The translations under genes and the position numbers were made by a program. The notes under the pieces are model-generated. The model made no database searches. It was not told the origin of the DNA and worked only from the letters and a program-made list of their open reading frames with translations. Below, piece after piece: positions 50,401 to 63,669 of a DNA stretch of 64,000 bases. Source of the stretch: Octopus sinensis (Eukaryota); NCBI RefSeq assembly GCF_006345805.1, contig NC_043009.1, positions 21,328,001 through 21,392,000 on the forward strand, written 5' to 3'. Numbering within the stretch: position 1 is the stretch's first letter; every line of letters begins with the position of its first letter.

Positions 50401-53400
50401 CCTGGCCCATCAGGAATCACTGCAGAGATGCTCAAAATATCTGGCAGTGTTGGCTATAGCCTAGTCACCCATATAGTTAACCAGGTGATACACGAAGGAG
50501 TCATACCCAATGACTGGTGTAGCAACATAATAGTCAACTGCTACAAAGGTAAAGGTGATGCCCTAGATACAAATAATTACAGAGGTATCAAGCTGTTGGA
50601 TCAGGTAATGAAGGTTACGGAGAGGGTCATAGCCCAACTGATTACGGAAGAGAGTCAACTTGGACGAGATGCAGTTTGGTTTCGTGCCAGAGAAAAGCAC
50701 CACTGATGCCATCTTTCTGGTGAGACAGCTGCAGGAGAAATACCTAGCCAAGATAAACCTCTGTACCTGGCTTTCGTTGACATGGAGAAAGCCTTTGACA
50801 GGGTCCCACGATCCCTTATCTGGTGGTTAATGAGGAAACTAGGGATAGATGAATGGTTAGTGAGAGCTGTGCAAGCCATGTACAGGGACGCTGTAAGGTG
50901 AGGGTTGGCAACGAGTACACTGAAGAATTCCAGGTAGAGGTTGGGGTCCACCAAGGTTCAGTCTTCAGCCCCCTCCTATTTATCATAGTCCTCTAGGCAA
51001 TAATGGAGGAATTCAAGACAGGATGCCCCTGGGAGCTCCTCTATGCTGATGACTTAGCTCTACTTGCTGAGTCACTATCATAACTGGAGGAGAAGTTTCA
51101 GGTGTGGAAGCAAGGATTAGAATCAAAAGACCTTAAAGTCAACCTAAAGTCTTCGATGAAATAGAATGGGATATAGCTTCACATAATGTGGAAGACAACT
51201 GGAGGTTTCTACGGGACAACCTGCTGAGAGCCACTGACCAGATCTGTGGATGGAACAAAGTCCCATCTCGACCCAAGGTAACGTAGTGTTGGAACAATGT
51301 GGTTGACAAGGCTATTAGACAAAAGAAACAGGCTTGGAGGGACTGGAAGAACGGAGGTAGCAGGGAATTGTATCAGACTGCCAGAAGGAAAGCTAGGAGA
51401 CAGGTTTACTTAGCCAGAGGGGAAGCAGATAAGAAAAAATTTGCCAATGTTCTGCGCCATGAGGACCAAAGACTTGAGGTATTTTGTGTTGCAAGGCAGT
51501 GGTAGGAGAGAAATGTGTTCCATGGATGATGGTTCACTTGCGCTAAATGAGGATGCAAAGAGAGAGGTTTGGAGACGCCATTATGAAAGGTTGCTGAATA
51601 AAGAAAATGAATGGGAGAAAGAGAGTCTGCCGAATGTCGACCCAATAGAGGGACCAGCTATTCGAGTTGACAGTTCTTTGGTAGTTAGGGCAATTAGAAG
51701 CATGAAAACAGGGAAAGCCCCTGGCCCATCAGGAATCACTGCAGAGATGCTCAAAATATCTGGCAGTGTTGGCTATAGCCTAGTCACCCATATAGTTAAC
51801 CAGGTGATACACGAAGGAGTCATACCCAATGACTGGTGTAGCAACATAATAGTCAACTGCTACAAAGGTAAAGGTGATGCCCTAGATACAAATAATTACA
51901 GAGGTATCAAGCTGTTGGATCAGGTAATGAAGGTTACGGAGAGGGTCATAGCCCAACTGATTACGGAGAGAGTCAACTTGGACGAGATGCAGTTTGGTTT
52001 CGTGCCAGAGAAAAGCACCACTGATGCCATCTTTCTGGTGAGACAGCTGCAGGAGAAATACCTAGCCAAAGATAAACCTCTGTACCTGGCTTTCGTTGAC
52101 ATGGAGAAAGCCTTTGACAGGGTCCCACGATCCCTTATCTGGTGGTTAATGAGGAAACTAGGGATAGATGAATGGTTAGTGAGAGCTGTGCAAGCCATGT
52201 ACAGGGACGCTGTAAGGTGAGGGTTGGCAACGAGTACACTGAAGAATTCCAGGTAGAGGTTGGGGTCCACCAAGGTTCAGTCTTCAGCCCCCTCCTATTT
52301 ATCATAGTCCTCTAGGCAATAATGGAGGAATTCAAGACAGGATGCCCCTGGGAGCTCCTCTATGCTGATGACTTAGCTCTACTTGCTGAGTCACTATCAT
52401 AACTGGAGGAGAAGTTTCAGGTGTGGAAGCAAGGATTAGAATCAAAAGACCTTAAAGTCAACCTAGCTAAAACCAAAGTCCTAATAAGTAGGAAGGTAGA
52501 CAAATCACAAACGCCTTCAGGTAGATGGCCCTGCTCGATCTGTAGAAAAGGCGTAGGTAGAAACTCCTATAAGATGCACCCAGTGTAAGCTATGGACACA
52601 TAAGAGGTGCAGCAATGTCAAAGGAAGGCTAACTAGGAAGATAGTTTTTGTATGTGGCAGATGCTCAGGAGCAATAAACACTGAAAATACGCAGAGACCA
52701 TCTTCTGCCACATTCCAGGGAGAAAAACTAGAAATAGTTGATAACTTCTGTTACCAAGTCAGTAGCATGGGCGGGTGTGCTGAAAGTGTAACTACTAGAG
52801 TAAGAATAGCCTGGGCAAAGTTCAGAGAGCTCTTACGTCTGCTGGTGACAAAAGGCCTCTCACTCAGAATAAAAGGCAGACTGTATGACGCATGTGTATG
52901 AACAGCCATGCTACATGGCAGTGAAGCATGGGCTGTGACTGCTGGGGATATGCGTAAGCTCGCAAGAAATGAAGCCAGTATGCTCCAATGGATGTGTAAT
53001 GTCAGTGTTCATACTCGACAGAGTGTAAGTACCTTGAAAGAAAAGTTGGACCTAAGAAGCATCAGTTGTGGTGTGCAAGAGAGACGTTTGCACTGGTATG
53101 GTCATGTGGTGTGAATGGATGAAGATAGTTGTGTGAAAAAGTGCCACACCCTAGCGGTTGAGGGAACCTGAGGTAGACACAGGAAAATCTGGGATGAGTT
53201 GGTGAAGCACAACCTTCAAACTTTAGGCCTAATCAAGGAAATGACTAGTGACCGAGACCTTTGGAAATATGCTGTGCTTGAGAAGACCCAGCAAGCCAAA
53301 GGAGACCATATCCTCATAGCCTGTGCCAGGTGCGTAACCAGCCCACTTGTGCGTACCTTTTCCTTCTTTGGACACTAAACTCTGCTTGCAAAGACCTGTT

Positions 53401-53954
53401 GAGGCAAGTGAAATCGAAATCAAAATCAAAGTGAAATTCGATGACGGGCACGAGCACCATACGAGATTGATCGTTGACAGAGCGGCTAACTGGCTTCCGT
53501 TCCAGTGGCACATAAAAGGCATCATTCGAATATGATCATTGCCAGCTTCGCCTTACTGGCACTTGTGCCCTGTGCTAGTAGGGTGCTAAGAGCACCATCC
53601 GAGCGTGATCATTGCCAGAGCGGCTATCTGGTTTCCGTGCCGGTGACATGTAGGAGGCACCATTTGAGCAGGATTATTACCAGCATCGCCTTACTGGCAC
53701 CTGTGCTGTTGACATGTGTAAAAAATTTCGAGCGAGGTCGTTGCCAGTACCGCCTGACTGACCCCATGCCGGTGGCACGTAACGGCACCCACTACACTCT
53801 CAGAGTGGTTGGCGTTAGGAAGGGCATCCAGCTGTAGAAACTCTGCCAGATCAAGACTGGAGCCTGGTGCAGCCATCTGGTTTGTCAGCCCACAAACCAT
53901 CCAACCCATGCTAGCATGGAAAGCAGACGTTAAACGACGATGATGATGATGATG
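47440..53954 (+). mobile_element. Near full-length dead RTE LINE with internal triplication
   Basis: APE and RT motifs, 3'UTR and (GAT)n tail; ~1.32-kb units 48506-49826, 49827-51145, 51146-52464. Confidence 0.95.
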
Positions 53955-54030
53955 AAATATATATACATATATACATACATATATATGCATAAATTTATAA
54001 ACATACATATACATACGTAGATATACATAC

Positions 54031-54069
<39 letters not shown>

Positions 54070-54155
54070 CATACGTATATATACATACATATATATATAT
54101 ACATACGTATATATATACATACATATATATATATATATACATACATATATATATA

Positions 54156-54915
54156 TTCAACAATTTAGATAAACATATGCTCAGCCGTAAACCAATGTAT
54201 GCAGATTATTAAAATATATTAAATTTATCAATCATTAAAATATCAAAGCATATTAAAAATGTATGGATACATAGATATATAAAAATATAATATGCATATA
54301 TGGGCAGAAAAACTATATTTAAGTATAAAAATATTGATGTATAACAATATATATTAACATCTTAAAAGATATATATTGAAAACATTAAACAGTATATGAG
54401 ATGTGACTCATTAAAGGATCATTCTCCCTGATGAAGGAGCCAGTGTCTAATATTTTGATAGGATTATCCTTGAAATCTATGGATTACTGTACCCCTGAAA
54501 TGACCGTCGGAGTACAACCACCTAATTATTTAAACTGGAGTACCTGTATTTGAACATTAGAAACTTCAACACCCATGCTTAAAACTTTTTTATTCACTTT
54601 TGCATAGAGATTTATACTTTTACTTTTTAATACTTTTTAATAACACTTTTAATCTGTAAGTAGAACAATGTTTCCAATATATACCTTTTAAGATGTCAAT
54701 ATATATTTTTATACATCTATATTGTTATACATCAATGTTTTTATACTTAAATATAGTTTTTCTGCCCATATATGTATATTATATTTTTATATATCTATGT
54801 ATCCATACAGTTTTAATATGCTTTGATATTTTAATGATTGATACATTAAATATATATCAAATATATCTGCATACATTGGTTTACGGCTGAGCATATGTTT
54901 ATCTGAATTGTTGAA
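54156..54915. mobile_element. AT-rich inverted-repeat element (arms 54156-54386 and 54667-54915)
   Basis: Arms are reverse complements over ~230 bp; 280-bp spacer; no TSD seen. Confidence 0.85.
54424..54512 (+). ncRNA. Type I hammerhead ribozyme candidate
   Basis: CTCC-CTGATGA-AGG..CCT-GAAA-TGACC-GTC-GGAG: stem I CTCC/GGAG, stem II AGG/CCT with a long loop, minimal stem III; predicted cleavage after C54508. Confidence 0.6.
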
Positions 54916-55086
54916 CGTACTTAAATTCTCTTTTTAAATATAATACCTATATCTAACATCTTGGGTTCACTTCACTGTGCTGCCTATATAATAAACAAAT
55001 ACATATATATACACACACACACATATATATGTTGATTTCTCTTGAATGAAACAGTTCTAGTCCTGTAGAAGCTCCTTCTATATATA

Positions 55087-55117
<31 letters not shown>

Positions 55118-55123
55118 CAGATA

Positions 55124-58113
55124 TCTCTCTATATATAAAACTGAGAATGTGTGTTTGTCTGTCTGTCTGTCTGTCTGTGTGTTTCCCTAAAACTTGAGAA
55201 CTACACAACCAATTTCATTCAAATTTTACACATGCCTTACTTAACTTTTTCCCTAGGGCGACCCCACAGCAATATCATATCTCCTCCACTATTTCAGTAT
55301 TACGTGTTAAAAGTGAAACAAAAACATCACTCTATTGTAATGCAGACACTTTCACCTTCATACTGAAACTATTAAAGTGATGAACTATTAAAGTGATGAA
55401 CCATTAACAGTGGTCATCCATTTTGCTAGAAGATCCGCTATGCTCTTATATGCTACACCACTGGTTTTCAATTCATATTAATCAAATTAATATTCAATTT
55501 TTCATCCTTATTATGTGTGTGTGTGTGTATTAGCAATTCGTATAAAATTGCATCAATGACTTGAACTTGAATAAGTGGTTTCACATAAATGGGGATAAAT
55601 TAAAAAGGTTTGTTGTTATTATTATTACTGTTTGACTATTGTAATCACGTTTGTTGGTTCCTCGTCAGGGAAACGTTGTTGTGTTGCATTTGTTAAATAA
55701 TTGTAAACCGGAGAAGGGGCTTTGGTTATTGTTTAAAAATTGAATTGTGTCCCTGTTTGGGGAACTTTAATAGAAGAAAATCCAAAAATGAATTTCGCTG
55801 CAGCCGTACACTGCTATACAAGAGGGAGGACAAGATCCAATTGATCGAAATTGCAAGAGACGGGCCTACAATTCCAGTCTCTTGTATATTTTCAGTATTG
55901 TTATCACTAGCGATATCAAGATATAACTTTGTATTTTGTATTTTATGTGTAGATGTATATATATAGATGTACATGTAATATGTACACATATATATACACA
56001 TATATACATGCATAATATGTCTACCCATACACACATACGCACACACACACACACACACACATAGGGGCAGGTGTGGCTGTGTGGTAACAAACTACGTTCC
56101 AAACACATGGTCCTGGGTTCAGTCCCACTATGTGGTGACTTGGCATGTGTCTTCTGCTGTAGCCTCAGACCAACAAAAACCTTCTCAGTGGATTTTGTAC
56201 ATATATATATATATATATATACATGCATACATACATATTCGGCATAAACACTCTACCACTACAACTAATAACTATCGGGAACACTTTCAAACCTGCCTTA
56301 CATTCGAACCGGAATCTCAAAAACATTGTCCCCTTCAGCGCCAAGTTCAACTGCTCTATCCTGACATGGAGGGTATCAGCAATGAAATCTATAACAAAAC
56401 ACTCATTGACATTGAAGACAGAATTGCTAAACTGGGTGGAAATGGATTGTCGATGTATGGCCTGCCACAAGCATTCAGGTCAGGGTCAAATAGCCTTCCC
56501 ACTGCTGTCATTCGTGAAACAACCTACGACAATCAAGCGCTTTCAAAGTACATTGTTGAAAATGAGCCTACATTACTTCCGGACCAGCTGCAGGCCTACA
56601 GAACTATTCTTAACAGTGTATGCCAACATGAGGGACGAATCTTCTTCCTCGATGCTCCTGGAGGGACAGAAAAAACATTTATTACAAAGCTTCTCCTTGC
56701 AGAAGTTAGGCAGCATCAGGACATTGCAGTAGCTGTAGCCTCCTCTGGCATTGCAGCTACTTTGTTACCCAGTGGCAGGACAGCACACTCAACTTTTAAA
56801 CTCCCTCTCAATTTAGCAGCAACCGAAATGCCTTCATGCAACATCAACAAAAGCTCAGATCAGGGACAAGTACTTAAAATGTGTCATCTAATTGTCTGGG
56901 ATGAGTGCACTATGGCTTACAAGGGAGCTTTGGAAGCACTAGATAGAGCCCTGAAAGACATCCGAGACTGTTAGGCTCCAATGGGAGGTGTAATGCTTCT
57001 GTTGTCAGGTGATTTCAGGCAAACTCTTCCTGTCATTCCGAAAGGCACTAGAGCAGATGAAGTCCAAGCATGCCTAAATTCCTCTACCCTGTGGTATCAT
57101 GTTACAATCCTCAGTATCACCACTAACATGAGAGCTCAGCTACACGGCGACAAAATGTCCACAAAGTTTGCACAGGACATTTTGACACTTGGTGAAGGCA
57201 AGATGCCTCTCGATGTTGCAGGACAAATGGAAGTGTGGTCATTTTCCTCTGTTGTTAATTCTGTAGATGACCTCAAAAACAAAGTCTTTCCCAACTTCAC
57301 ACAAAACTACCAAAATCACAATTGGCTGTGTGAAAGAGCAATATTAGCTCCAAAAAACGTCGCTGTTAACAAAATTAATCAACAGCTAATGCATTCTCTT
57401 CCCGGCACTATACGCACTTACAAGTCTGTTGATACAATTCCAGATATAAATGAAGTTGTGAGCTATCCTCCTGAATTTCTCAATACACTGGAGCCTCCTG
57501 GACTATCTCCACACATATTAGCACTTAAAGTTGGAAATCCTGTAATGCTACTCCGCAATCTGGAACCACCAAGACTTTGCAATGGAACACGACTGGTGAT
57601 AAAGAAAATGATGTCACACTTTATCGAGGTGATCATTCTTTCTGGATGTGGAAAAGGTGATGACGTCTTTATTCCAAGAATTCCTCTTACTCCATCAGGA
57701 GCAGAAATTCCATTTACATTCAGAAGACTGCAATTCCCCCTTCGTGTTAGCTTTGCCATGTCCATTAACAAATCTCAGGGTCAAACCCTCTCTGTAGCTA
57801 GTCTTCTCTTGGAAGAGCCCTGCTTCTCGCATGGACAACTGTATGTTGGTTGCTCAAGAGTAGGAACCAAAAGAAACCTTTTTGTATATGCTCCACAAGG
57901 AAAAACAAGGAACATTGTTTACAACGAGGTTTATAATCTCAACAGCCAGGAGGTATATACATGATCCCCTTTTATTTTAACAAACTTCATGTACTTCATG
58001 TATTTATATTAATATACATATATGTGTGTGTGTATCCATATATATATATATATAACAGAAAAGTCTAATTCTTCAAATGAATGTAACTGGGCAACGCTGG
58101 GTATCTCTGCTAG
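55124..58113 (+). mobile_element. Helitron with degenerate Pif1-type helicase and no Rep nuclease
   Basis: A|TC..TATATAAAACTGAG 5' end; degenerate GGGCAACGCTGGG hairpin + CTAG|T at 58110-58114; SINE head nested at ~56062-56195. Confidence 0.9.
56270..57964 (+). pseudogene. Helitron Pif1-like helicase pseudogene
   Basis: LDAPGGTEKT (Walker A G>E), ASSGIAA, GRTAHS, VWDE, GDFRQ, CNGTR, INKSQGQT, FSHGQLYV; in-frame TAG at 56972-56974. Confidence 0.9.
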
Positions 58114-58124
58114 TATATATATAT

Positions 58125-58276
58125 GTAAAAGTAAAAAAATATACAAACTGGGACAAGAACGTGAAACATTTAGAAGACGACACAAAAAACACGGACGGGA
58201 CATTCGAAGCCCTAAATCATCAGTCAAGAACCGGATCATCTTCGCAGTTTCGGCTGATTAATATATATATACACAC

Positions 58277-58307
<31 letters not shown>

Positions 58308-58321
58308 ACTATATATATATA

Positions 58322-58352
<31 letters not shown>

Positions 58353-58545
58353 ATATATATATATATACATACATACATATATATATATATATGTAAAAGT
58401 AAAAAAATATACAAACTGGGACAAGAACGTGAAACATTTAGAAGACGACACAAAAAACACGGACGGGACATTCGAAGCCCTAAATCATCAGTCAAGAACC
58501 GGATCATCTTCGCAGTTCGGCTGATTAATATATATATATACACAC

Positions 58546-58589
<44 letters not shown>

Positions 58590-58817
58590 CTATATATATA
58601 TATACATATATTATATATATATACATATATATATATTATATATATATATATATATACATACATACATATATATATATATATGTAAAAGTAAAAAAATATA
58701 CAAACTGGTACAAGAACGTGAAACATTTAGAAGACGACACAAAAAACACGGACGGGACATTCGAAGCCCTAAATCTTCAGTCAAGAACCGGATCATCTTC
58801 GCAGTTTCGGCTGATTA
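58125..58817. repeat. Three tandem ~135-bp units separated by (TA)n tracts
   Basis: Copies at ~58125-58260, 58393-58527 and 58682-58817, differing at 1-2 positions. Confidence 0.9.
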
Positions 58818-58870
58818 ATATATATATATACACACATATATATATATATACATATATGTATATAACTATA

Positions 58871-58906
<36 letters not shown>

Positions 58907-58967
58907 ATATATATATATACATACATACATATATATATATATGTATATATATAATATATATATATAT

Positions 58968-58999
<32 letters not shown>

Positions 59000-59000
<1 letters not shown>

Positions 59001-62000
59001 CATCATCGTTTAACGTCCGCTTTCCATGCTAGCATGGGTTGGACGGTTCAACTGGGGTCTGGGAAGCCAGAAGGCTGCACCAGGCCCAGTCATTTCCTTG
59101 ATTAGGCCTAAAGTTCGAAGGTCGTGCTTCACCAACTCGTCCCAGGTTTTCCTGTGTCTACCTCAGGTTCCCTCAACCGCTAGGGTGTGGCACTTTTTCA
59201 CACAGCTATCTTCATCCATTCACGCCACATGACCATACCAGTGCAAACATCTCCCTTGCACACCACAACTGATGCTTCTTAGGTCCAACTTTTCTTTCAA
59301 GGTACTTACACTCTGTCAAGTATGAACACTGACATTACACATCCATTGGATCATACTGGCTTCATTTCTTGCGAGCTTACGAATATCCCCAGCAGTCACA
59401 GCCCATGCTTCACTGCCATGTAGCATGGCTGTTCATACACATGCGTCATACAGTCTGCCTTTTATTCTGAGCGAGAGGCTTTTGTCACCAGCAGACGTAA
59501 GAGCTCTCTGAACTTTGCCCAGGCTATTCTTACTCTAGTAGTTACACTTTCAGCACACCCGCCCCTGCTACTGACTTGGTCACCTAGGTAACGGAAGTTA
59601 TCAACTATTTCTAGTTTTTCTCCCTGGAATGTGGCAGAAGATGGTCTCTGCGTATTTTCAGTGTTTATTGCTCCTGAGCATCTGCCACATACAAAAACTA
59701 TCTTCCTAGTTAGCCTTCCTTTGACATTGCTGCACCTCTTATGTGTCCATAGCTTACACTGGATGCATCTTATAGGAGTTTCTACCTACGCCTTTTCTAC
59801 AGATCGAGCAGGGCCATCTACCTGAAGGCGTTTGTGATTTGTCTACCTTCCTACTTATTAGGACTTTGGTTTTAGCTAGGTTGACTCTAAGGCCCTTCGA
59901 TTCTAATCCTTGCTTCCACACCTGAAACTTCTCCTCCAGTTATGATAGTGACTCAGCAATTAGAGCAAAGTCATCAGCATAGAGGTGCTCCCAGGGGCAT
60001 CCTGTCTTGAATTCCTCCGTTATTGCCTAGAGGACTACGATAAATAGGAGGGGGCTGAAGACTGAACCTTGGTGGACCCCAACCTCTACCCGGAATTCTT
60101 CAGTGTACTCGTTGCCAACCCTCACCTTACTTACAGCGTCCCTGTACATGGCTTGCACAGCTCTCACTAACCATTCATCTATCCCTAGTTTCCTCATTAA
60201 CCACCAGATAAGGGATCGTGGGACCCTGTCAAAGGCTTTCTCCATGTCAACGAAAGCCAGGTACAGAGGTTTATCTTTGGCTAGGTATTTCTCCTGCAGC
60301 TGTCTCACCAGAAAGATGGCATCAGTGGTGCTTTTCTCTGGCACGAAACCAAACTGCATCTCGTCCAAGTTGACTCTCTCCGTAATCAGTTGGACTATGA
60401 CCCTCTCCGTAACCTTCATTACCTGATCCAACAGCTTGATACCTCTGTAATTATTTGTATCTAGGGCATCACCTTTACCTTTGTAGCAGTTGACTATTAT
60501 GTTGCTACACCAGTCATTGGGTATGACTCCTTCGTGTATCACCTGGTTAACTATATTGGTGACTAGGCTATAGCCAACACTGCCAGATATTTTGAGCATC
60601 TCTGCAGTGATTCCTGATGGGCCAGGGGCTTTCCCTGTTTTCATGCTTCTAATTGCCTTAACTACCAAAAAACTGTCAACTCGAATAGCTGGTCCCTCTG
60701 TTGGGTCGACATTCGGCAGACTCTCTTTCTCCCATTCATTTTCTTTATTCAGCAACCTTTCATAATGGCCACTCCAAACCTCTCTCTTTGCATCCTCATT
60801 TAGTGCAAGTGAACCATCATCCATGTGAACACATTTCTCTCCTACCACTGTCTTGCAACACAAAATACCTCAAGTCTTTGGTCCTCGTGGCGCAGAACAT
60901 TGGCAAATTTTTTCTTATCTGCTTCCCCTCTGGCTAAGTAAACCTGTCTCCTAGCTTCCCTTCTGGCAGTCTGATACAATTTCCTGCTACCTCCGTTCTT
61001 CCAATCCCTCCAAGCCTGTTTCTTTTGTCTAATAGCCCTGTCAACCACATTGTTCCAACACCACGTTACCTTGGGTCGAGATGGGACTTTGCTCCATCCA
61101 CAGATCTGGTCAGTGGCTCTCAGCAGGTTGTCCCGTAGAAACCTCCAGTTGTCTTCCACATAATGTGAAGCTATATTCCCTTCTATTTCATCGAAGACTT
61201 CGAGTAGTACGTCTCTAAATCTCTGTCCATTTGCAGGATCTTTAAGCTTCCAGACGCTTCTCCTCCAAGCTGGTCTTCTTCTGGGCAACCATTTAGCCCT
61301 GATCCTGAAGTCGCTAACTACCAGTCTATGTTGTGGGGTACATTCTTTGCCTGGGAAGGTTTTGGCATTTATAAGCAGCCCTCTTTCCCTCTTTTTGGCG
61401 AGGATGTAGTCAATCTGGCTAGTATGTCTGCCAGAACGGTAGGTGACTAGGTGAGAGGTGGGTTTCCTGAAGTTGGTATTACAAACCATAAGGTCATTTG
61501 TATTGCAGAACTCCAGCAGCCTGGTTCCCTCCTCATTGCGGGAACCATAGCCGTAGCCTCCATGTACGTCATGGAAGTCCCCTGTATGTTGTCCAACATG
61601 TCCATTGACATCACCAGCCACAAAAAGAAGGTCCCTGTCATTCATCAACGAGGTAGTCTGCAGTAGGGTGTCATAGAATTGGTCTTTCTGTCCATTGGGT
61701 AGCCCCGGCTGAGGGGCATAGGCCAATATAATGGTTGCTAACCCATGGTGAAGCACTAATCTAATCTTAAGTATTCTGTCGCATACTCTGACTACCTCAA
61801 TTACCTTATCTACCCATTTTCCAGCAAGAAGTATACCAACGCCCCCGACCCTGTCAGTGTTCCCTACCCAGAAAATCTTGTACCTGCATTCTTTGCCTGT
61901 GAGGAACCTAGCAGAATCTCCTCTCCACCTTACTTCTTGGATGCAGCACATATCGACACATCTCCGTTCAAGCATCTGAACAACCTCACTAGACCTACCT

Positions 62001-62345
62001 TTCAGTGTGCCAATGTTGAGAGTGCCAACCCTGAGGGTGTGGGAGGTATGGGCTCGTGAGACCCTGGGACGGGGGACAGTGGCTTCATATATCTGAAAAG
62101 AAAACTCGCATTTGGCAGAATTCATAGACAAACAATACAGTAGCCTTCAGTTCAACCTGCACACACTACCCTTTCATATTTCGCACTAAATGATCATTAC
62201 CTTACATAGGAGATAGCCCTAGACCAGGGGTGGGGATTGCATACAGCCTTTTGAAGTGTTCATGGGAGGCAACCCAGGGTTGACAAAGGATAGGAACAAT
62301 AGGAACTTCCTGTATAGGTGGAAGGGGTGGGTGGGTGGGTGGGCG
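59000..62345 (-). mobile_element. Near full-length dead RTE LINE, 3'UTR largely deleted
   Basis: ORF 60842-62131 is APE (GTLNIG, IQEVRW, GDVNGH, IDYIL); ORF 60027-60863 is RT; frameshift at ~60850 and stop at 60027. Confidence 0.95.
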
Positions 62346-63669
62346 CACCTCGAACTAGGAAGGGGTCTGCTTAGCATACTTTAAACGAGACAGCAAATGT
62401 TGATAATAGACTTGAAAAAAAAAAATCTGAGAGCTCAACGTCAGACATTCTAAGAGAATTTCGGGGATAAATAAGTAACTGTGTGATAACTTTAATAGCT
62501 GAATGAGTCAATGAACATGTTGTAAGGTTATCTTGAGGGAACAGCAAAGAAAACGAGCCTATTTGAAAATTATATTTACATGATGACATGTTACTAGACA
62601 ATATGTATGTATATATAGATTCAGATGAATATGGTACTTAAGTTGCAGCACCAGAATTTAGTACAGTAATATCCATACAATTTCAAAGTAAGGTGATTAA
62701 AATCAAAATAAGCAACAAGAATATCCAGAGGTAATGCAGTATGATCGTTTCATGCAACTCCATTTAATTGAACAATGCAATCATTATATCAATTTAAAAT
62801 GCAGAGCAATCCTCAGCTGCACAAAGACATAGAATTCAATTAAATTAGAACAGATGGACACATTAGTATAATTATACCTAAAATCTCCAAGAAGTTAAGG
62901 AGATAGACAAAGAACATGCTGCGTTCACTCCAGCATAGAAGCTACAAAGTTATCAAGAAGATATACATTGTTACAGACTCTGCCTGTCACTGATTTTTGT
63001 TTTATGGGGTCAGTTTTAGTTTATAGACTAGTTTATCAAATCCTTGTATATCTAAGGCTGAGAGAACAGAGAGCAGTATCTGTTAGGCTGAGGGAGCAGA
63101 CAGAAATCAAAGTTGGTATAGTCATAAAAATCAAGATTTATTAGAAGCAATATCATGAGGTTTGGTAATGGAAAACTTAAAACAAAATGTTAGCTGACAA
63201 TTAAGGGGGTCGCCCACTAGCAGACCATTGATAATGAAACAGGGGAAGTCTTATCATGTAGTACTATAGTTAAATATTTTAAACAATGTTGCTATATTGT
63301 ATACAGTTAAAGTTTAGGGTTCTTCCAAATATCTAAAGAAGAAATACGCACAGATCATGAATGGTTAAAGTTAAGTGATTCTTCTTTCAGCCTCGCTTCC
63401 TCTACCTTCTATCTTTGCACGTATCATCATTATTCTTTCACTATTCTTCGATTACTCTTTCATTATATTGTTCTTTCAGTACTCTCTCATTATATTATTC
63501 TTTCTCTCTTTCTTTCAGTATTCTCTCATTACTCTGTCTAGCTCAAACATGTTTTTCGTTTAGTCTTGTCTCCCGGTTCATAGCCACTTATCTTTCCCCT
63601 AAAAATCTCATTTTCTCAGATTTTTCAAACCTACTTTCTTGCTCACACGATTAACAGAACCTCTTCCTA

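Noticed and set aside
56081-56270. N-terminus of the 297-aa ORF as real helicase sequence
   Set aside because: Derived from a SINE head and (TA)n; homology starts near 56270
58200-58260. Hammerhead-like CTGATGA..GAA on the minus strand of the tandem units
   Set aside because: GAAA is incomplete and stem I partners do not pair
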